DNA of 64,000 nucleotides. Source: Schizochytrium sp. TIO01. Taxonomy: Eukaryota > Protista > Bigyra: Labyrinthulomycetes. The notes below the pieces were generated by a model. It did not search any database. It was not told the origin of the DNA and was given only the letters and a program-made list of their open reading frames with translations. Below, one piece after another: positions 58,664 to 64,000 of the stretch; positions within the stretch are counted from its first letter, which is position 1, and each line of letters opens with the position of its first letter. Location of the stretch: positions 3,844,001-3,908,000 of the forward strand of contig SMSO01000025.1 in NCBI GenBank assembly GCA_004764695.1, in the 5' to 3' direction. The translations under genes and the position numbers were made by a program.

Positions 58664-59933
58664 CTTTTCCGCAGCCTGAAGCTACTTGGTTAGGACCAAT
58701 TTGGCTCTATCGGTCCTCTCTTTTCTTCCTTTTGTGTTTTTTGTTATTATTCTTTTTTTAGTTTCACTTTTTGGATAAATCCAGAGAAATCGAAAGCATC
58801 TGCGACGTCAGCGCACTCTATTATGGAGGTAGCAAGGATGGCATCGCGTTAAAAGATATGCTCGTCTCAAGCTAATACTTTCATGAGACAAAGTCGAATT
58901 GTAGACATAGTATTGTAAATAAGAAAGCTGTTGTGCATTATTTGAACATTCTGTAAAAATCCAAGGTTTATTTATTTTGGTGAGAGTAGCCTCCTTCATC
59001 CATACTGATTTTGTATGTAATGTAAGAACTTTATCCAAAACTATGTAAGTGTTTTTGACACCATGGGTTCTTAAAAGGGACATGTCTTTAAAGTTTCCCT
59101 GAAAAGATAAGATTGATGAAGCTGATTAGTTATCCTCTAGAGAAAGATCTGAAGCTCAGTCGTGGAATTCGAATATTGAAAAACACTACTTTATTTTAAT
59201 ATCACACAAAGCGTTTAGGTAGACTTTCAGATGTCCTTCACATGTAGTACTCATCGTGTCTACGAATAAACACAGATGCACTCAAGTCCTCCTGCTAACT
59301 ATTGACACTACTTGGATCAACTAAGTGATAGGAATACAAACAAACGGGGAAGGCAAGAGATCATGTAAACGTTTCCCAACTAGCAAATCGATACGACCGA
59401 TGGAGGGGAGAGTAAGAGTTGATAATATTTTGTTCTTCAAAAGATAATCTAATGAATTGTCTCAAACCCAAACACGGATGTCGCTTGCGTTGCATACAAA
59501 ATCATTTTCTCTTTTCAAGGATCACGTACATTACGTGCAGGAGATAGCGTAAGCTTTATCTCGATACAAGGGGGGGGCAAGATTATAACAAGAGCCTATC
59601 AAGTTGTCGTCTCGGGCATGAAGAGGTGCGGAGTACATGCAAGGATAATATCCAAGGTCAATCTCAGCCTACACGTTGCTAAACACCAACATATCCACGT
59701 GCCTCAGTGAAGCCACGATTCATCCCGAACAGGGTACAAACCGTGGCAAAAGCGAACTCAACCTTCAAGAAAAGGAAAGGAAACGTAAATGAAGGTCAAG
59801 GTGGTGATGAAGGTCACAGCAGTGTTATGCGGCGAAGATGACGATGGTGAATATCCCGAGCGTGCACAGCATAGGGTATGAGATACGAAGATGGATGATG
59901 TAAAGTCAATCAATTGTGAAGTCTGTAAACTGT

Positions 59934-60236
59934 TTACTCAACCTGAAGAGCCTTCTCGATGACCTGGAGGCGAGACTGGATGTCCTGAAGGGCAAAGAGG
60001 ACGGCGGGGTCGTTGGGGCCCTCGAGCTTGAGCGGGGAGGAGGCGGCGGCGGGGGCGGCGGCGGCCTTGACGGTCTCAGCGACAGGGGCAGCGGCGGCCT
60101 TGACCTCCTCAACCTTCTTCTCGGGGGCCGGGGCGCTGCGAGTGACAGAGTAGAGGAAAGACCACGCGGTGTAGCCACCGACGCCGTAGATCAGCATAGA
60201 CCTCTCGAGGGAGGGGAGCTTAGCGAGAAAGGACAT
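59934..60236 (-). CDS. Small (100 aa) single-TM protein with an Ala/Pro linker and C-terminal amphipathic helix
   Basis: ATG at 60236 (MSFLAKLPSLERSMLIYGVGGYTAWSFLYSV...). Strongly C/G-ending codon usage, typical of highly expressed genes. Confidence 0.75.
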   Translation of the reverse strand: MSFLAKLPSLERSMLIYGVGGYTAWSFLYSVTRSAPAPEKKVEEVKAAAAPVAETVKAAAAPAAASSPLKLEGPNDPAVLFALQDIQSRLQVIEKALQVE

Positions 60237-61040
60237 CTTTTTTAGGGGGGTTCTAAACCTACACGAGCCTCTGCGACGATGCTGCTGACAACCTGCGAGT
60301 CCTACGAACTGCTCCACGCTCCAGATATGCTCTCTCCTTCTTCAACAAAGCCTCCTTCTCCTCCTACTACCCAATATCTACTGTCTCATTACCATCATCT
60401 CTACTACGCTAGCATCGCAGCAGCCGCACGCTTTACTTCGGCAGCCAGCCGCGGTGTGCAATTGGCCCATATTTTAGGCCTCTTTATTACCAACCATAGA
60501 GTTGATAAGTTCACAATTATCATAGGGGACAAAGGGCCTCGGGCAAGCTAGCTCGAGAGGCCTATCGTTTGAACTATTTAGCCTTAGAGGCTGTAAGATC
60601 GCATCATCACTGTCTCTCTCTAATCACAGAGAGTAGGTTGGTAGATAGAGTAAAGTATAGGGCAGGTGGGTAGTTAGAGCTCTGATACCAGAAAGAGGTA
60701 GTAGTGAAAGGGTAGAGAAAGGCATAGCAAGAGGGTTTAGTAGTGATTAGTGTGGGTGGTAGTGGATACTGGTAGGACTGGCATGTGCTTGGATATTCTT
60801 TGATTGAAGTTGGAATATTTGAGAAAGAAACGATGCGGCTCTCACGTATTCATGAGACTGCTTGCAATACGAAGAACATAGAGCTCGTCCAAAAGTGACG
60901 CTAAAATAAGAACATGGTAAAGCAGCCTCAGACTGAGTCGAGTTCTTTTTTGAGGAATGAGAATATATTGTCCTGGAAACTTTGCAGTTGAAATATAGTG
61001 CTAGATTTTAGATTTCGGTGGCGAGAATGAAGCGCGCTTT

Positions 61041-61667
61041 TTAGTTATCAGGAGGAGGAGCAGCAAGCTGGAGGAGCTGGGCGACGCGATCGACGATGCG
61101 AGGAAATCCTGGGTCAAGAAGAATTGCACATAACTCTTCATCGGTAATTTGGAAATCCTCAGCTTGGACGAAACTTGTCCCTTGAGCTGCAAGGCGAAGT
61201 CGGTTTTCTGCATCAGAGGCAGTCTCCTCGTCACAGAACTGCAGCGCTAGAACGTCTTCGTTGCCCGTCCAGCGCGATGTTATTGCCAATCGTATTGCAC
61301 GCTCCTTCCTCGATACAGTAAATGACTCCGTATCGCGGGCCCTGATGAGACCCACATTTGAAATTTGAAAATGCGTCAGGCCCACATCCACCTGCACAGT
61401 CTTTTGAATTTCCTCCAAGAATGGGTGAGAGATCGTTAGCTTTGAAGAATCGATCATCGGTATGCTTACAACGTACTTGATCTGCCTCCACCCATGCGAA
61501 GCTGCCCTCCTTTCCGCTGGACTGGACCCTGCCTGAATTCTCGAACCAGCCCATGAACTTTCCCAATCTGCGTTAGCCCAATCATCACGCTACCTACATC
61601 AACCCAGCTCACTGAAATGAAGCACCTATTACCTACGCGCAAGACGGACATCCTTGAAGCTCGCCAT
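61041..61667 (-). CDS. REC114: REC114-like meiotic DSB accessory protein; predicted exons 61667-61633, 61567-61477, 61391-61041 (158 aa)
   Basis: Two GT-AG introns (GTAATA..GCTAAC.GCAG, 65 nt; GTACGT..GCTAAC..TGCAG, 85 nt) join the exons in frame. The product is MASFKDVRLARRLGKFMGW..AWVEADQVDVG..LALQF..ELCAILLDPGFPRIVDRVAQLL, resembling the REC114 LxRYGRF..W, RVQF and LMDxNFPAFVEEVEKEL motifs. Confidence 0.6.
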
Positions 61668-62407
61668 CTGATGTACCTCGACCCTTCGCGCTCAAGAGCG
61701 ATCAATTCGAAGCAAAGCTTCTTGCTGGTTTGGGTTTTTCGAAAATTGAGGTCTGCTGCAAGACCAGAACTGAGGTCTCTAATCTGCGCAACGCGTTTGG
61801 GGGAAATAAAAGATTTGCGGAACGCGTTTTGGAGATATAGGCCTCTTTCAACACTTCTTCCTACTTAAATAGACCGCTTAGTCTCCGCTTGCGTCGTCGA
61901 TGTGAAATGAGCAAGTGCGAGAAAGATCATTGCCAGATAAGCACGCACGCTCAGCCAGATCTTCAATTTGGCTGGGCCGGACTACCTTTGTAGCTGGTGT
62001 AGGTCGCTTGGGACTCTGTACCTGGGGGCAGGTGGCCTTTCGTGACAGTTTGAAGGTGGCCTGGCTTGTCTCTCGCGCGGGCTTGAGAAACGAGGTGTCA
62101 AGAAAGAGGGAATTTACTTCTTTCTTTCAACTTAACTCTACATTACTGTGCTTGGAGAAGTACATCGGTTGTGCAGATATAAGCTTCGAGACTGCGCCTT
62201 CGCGCACAATAGCTATTGTAACTGCATAGTTTTGCTTGTTCAAGTTTCCTTGCAAGAGAATTGTTCTCTGCAAAGATAACTTTAATCGATTCTGTGGTGG
62301 TATTTTCTTGCAGAAAGCAGATACGACACAAATTCGTACTACTTGCCACATCAAAAGGTGAAGACCAAAAAACCTTTAAAAAGAGCGTCTGTCAATCCTA
62401 ATACAGA

Positions 62408-64000
62408 ATGTCTGCTGCAAAGATGTACCTCATTGCCTACAACCTGGCGTCCTGCGCAGGTTGGGCTTACGTGTGGGTAGAGGTGGCCAAGGCCATCATG
62501 AACGGCGCAAGCGCTGCTCAACTTTGGCAGGAGTCCTCAAACGTTCTTGCTGTGGTGCAGTCTCTCGCTGCGCTCGAAGTTCTTCACTCCATCATCCGCC
62601 TTGTCAAGTCCCCTGTTATGACCGTTCTCATGCAGGTTTCTTCTCGTCTCCTCGTGCTTTGGCTTTACACCTGGCCTGCTTCTGCATGCCACTCTCACTG
62701 GAGTCTCTTGCTTATGGTGGGCTCCTGGGCCTCTGTTGAGGTGCCGCGTTACCTCTTCTACGCGCTAAACCTTCTTCCTGCCTTCCAGGGCTCCAAGATG
62801 CCATACCCTCTTTTCTGGCTTCGTTATTCGCTCTTCATGGTTCTCTACCCAACTGGAATCACTGGTGAGCTTTTGCAGATGTACGTCGCCCTCACAACTT
62901 ACTACACCTTTGGCTCTGCCTGGGAGCGTCTCCTCTTTGTCATCCCAATCCTCACATACCCGCCTTGCGGCCCCTTTATGGTCTTGAACATGTGGAAGAA
63001 TCGCAAGAGTCAATTCCGCAAGCGCTCCCAAGAACTTGCTGCGGCTAAGGATGGTGGAGCCCCACAAAAGAAGGTGGATGGTCTCGTTTGGCCTGTCACA
63101 AACGATGCCACTGGTGAGCGTAGCACATCTGTTACTAACCAGAGCATTTGGGAGTACGCAGTTGCAAACGTTGATCCGGAGGCTGCCGCCGCTGTTCGCA
63201 AGACCCGCAAGTGGCGTTTCGGCTACATCAAGCACATTGAGACCCAGATCCGGGTATCTCTTCGGTCCAAGGAAAATGCTCTCCAGGTCGCTCGCGATGG
63301 TCTGAAGCGTGCTCACGAGGTTTTTGAGTTTGTGCGTGATGGCAAGGCAATGTCTTTGGCTCAAGCTATGGAGACTTACAAGGGAAGTTATGAGACTGGA
63401 TTTATTAAGGGAGAAGGCAAGCGCTCAGTAAAGGAGGCCCGTGTCTTGTACAACGGCAAGACTCTTGTAGGTGATGAGCTTGTAGCCCAGCTTGATAAGT
63501 GGGTTACTGAGGGCGTGATTGAACCCAGCGCTGGTGATGCCGTGAAAAAGTGCATTGAGCACCCCGAGTGGTACGACCTCAGCGACCGTTACTTTGTTCT
63601 CTTGGGTGCGACTTCTGCCATGGGTCCCCTCGATCTCTTGCTTCAGTGCGGTGCTAACGTGGTTGGCATTGATCTGGACCGTGCTCCGATCTGGAAGAAG
63701 CTTATTGAGAAGGTTCGTGCCTCCCCTGGTACTCTTACCTTCCCCCTGAAGAAAGCTCAAACCTTGCTCAAGACGGACGAAGAACTCTACGAAAACGCTG
63801 GTGCTAACCTTTTGGGAGCCACCCCGGAGATTGCCAACTGGCTTGTCGGAGTATGCCCTGGTAAAGACCTCACGATTGGTAACTACACCTACCTTGATGG
63901 TGCCCTTCATGTGCAGTTGTCCATTGCCTGTGATGCTATCATGCAAAAGGTCCTTGCCCAGCGCAAGACATCCACCTCCCTTGCCTTTCTCCTTACGCCC
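62408..64000 (+). CDS. HACD: Very-long-chain 3-hydroxyacyl-CoA dehydratase (HACD/PHS1/PAS2) fused to a Rossmann-like domain of unknown function (3' partial)
   Basis: 531 codons with no stop up to the window end; absent from the ORF track. The N-terminal ~205 aa contain YLIAYN, LEVLHS, MQVSSR, EVPRYLFY and WLRYSLFMVLYPTGITGE (catalytic Y/E). A soluble domain follows with FVLLGATSAMGP..LL.CGANVVGID. Confidence 0.92.
   Translation, partial: MSAAKMYLIAYNLASCAGWAYVWVEVAKAIMNGASAAQLWQESSNVLAVVQSLAALEVLHSIIRLVKSPVMTVLMQVSSRLLVLWLYTWPASACHSHWSLLLMVGSWASVEVPRYLFYALNLLPAFQGSKMPYPLFWLRYSLFMVLYPTGITGELLQMYVALTTYYTFGSAWERLLFVIPILTYPPCGPFMVLNMWKNRKSQFRKRSQELAAAKDGGAPQKKVDGLVWPVTNDATGERSTSVTNQSIWEYAVANVDPEAAAAVRKTRKWRFGYIKHIETQIRVSLRSKENALQVARDGLKRAHEVFEFVRDGKAMSLAQAMETYKGSYETGFIKGEGKRSVKEARVLYNGKTLVGDELVAQLDKWVTEGVIEPSAGDAVKKCIEHPEWYDLSDRYFVLLGATSAMGPLDLLLQCGANVVGIDLDRAPIWKKLIEKVRASPGTLTFPLKKAQTLLKTDEELYENAGANLLGATPEIANWLVGVCPGKDLTIGNYTYLDGALHVQLSIACDAIMQKVLAQRKTSTSLAFLLTP

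Noticed and set aside
62765-63946. Minus-strand ORFs of 199 and 173 aa
   Set aside because: Antisense shadows of the codon-biased HACD fusion gene.

Overview
Eukaryotic, intron-poor genomic window. Gene content, compact unspliced CDSs and microsatellite-rich spacers suggest a flagellated stramenopile, most likely a thraustochytrid/labyrinthulomycete (inference). There are about 15 genes: CEP70-like (5' partial), sphingoid-base-phosphate phosphatase, an acidic disordered protein, a possible Inturned/CCZ1-family protein, canonical poly(A) polymerase, a Hemingway/CFAP97-domain protein, a secreted PAN+PT+vWA-like protein (with a full-length inverted pseudogene 2 kb upstream), a 5-finger C2H2 factor, a BAHD acyltransferase, an NCKX-like exchanger with degenerate alpha-repeats, an ankyrin protein, MscS and a ~100-aa single-TM protein. 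The last two are missed or fragmented by the ORF track: a 3-exon REC114-like meiotic gene, and a 3'-partial gene fusing a very-long-chain 3-hydroxyacyl-CoA dehydratase (HACD/PHS1) to a large Rossmann-like domain of unknown function. That fusion is the best candidate for an undescribed system. Two gene-poor stretches (about 3.5-15.9 kb and 29-44.5 kb) hold micro/minisatellites, a probable decayed LINE and frameshifted gene relics. I recognised no rRNA, tRNA or CRISPR. All family calls come from recalled motifs, not database searches.
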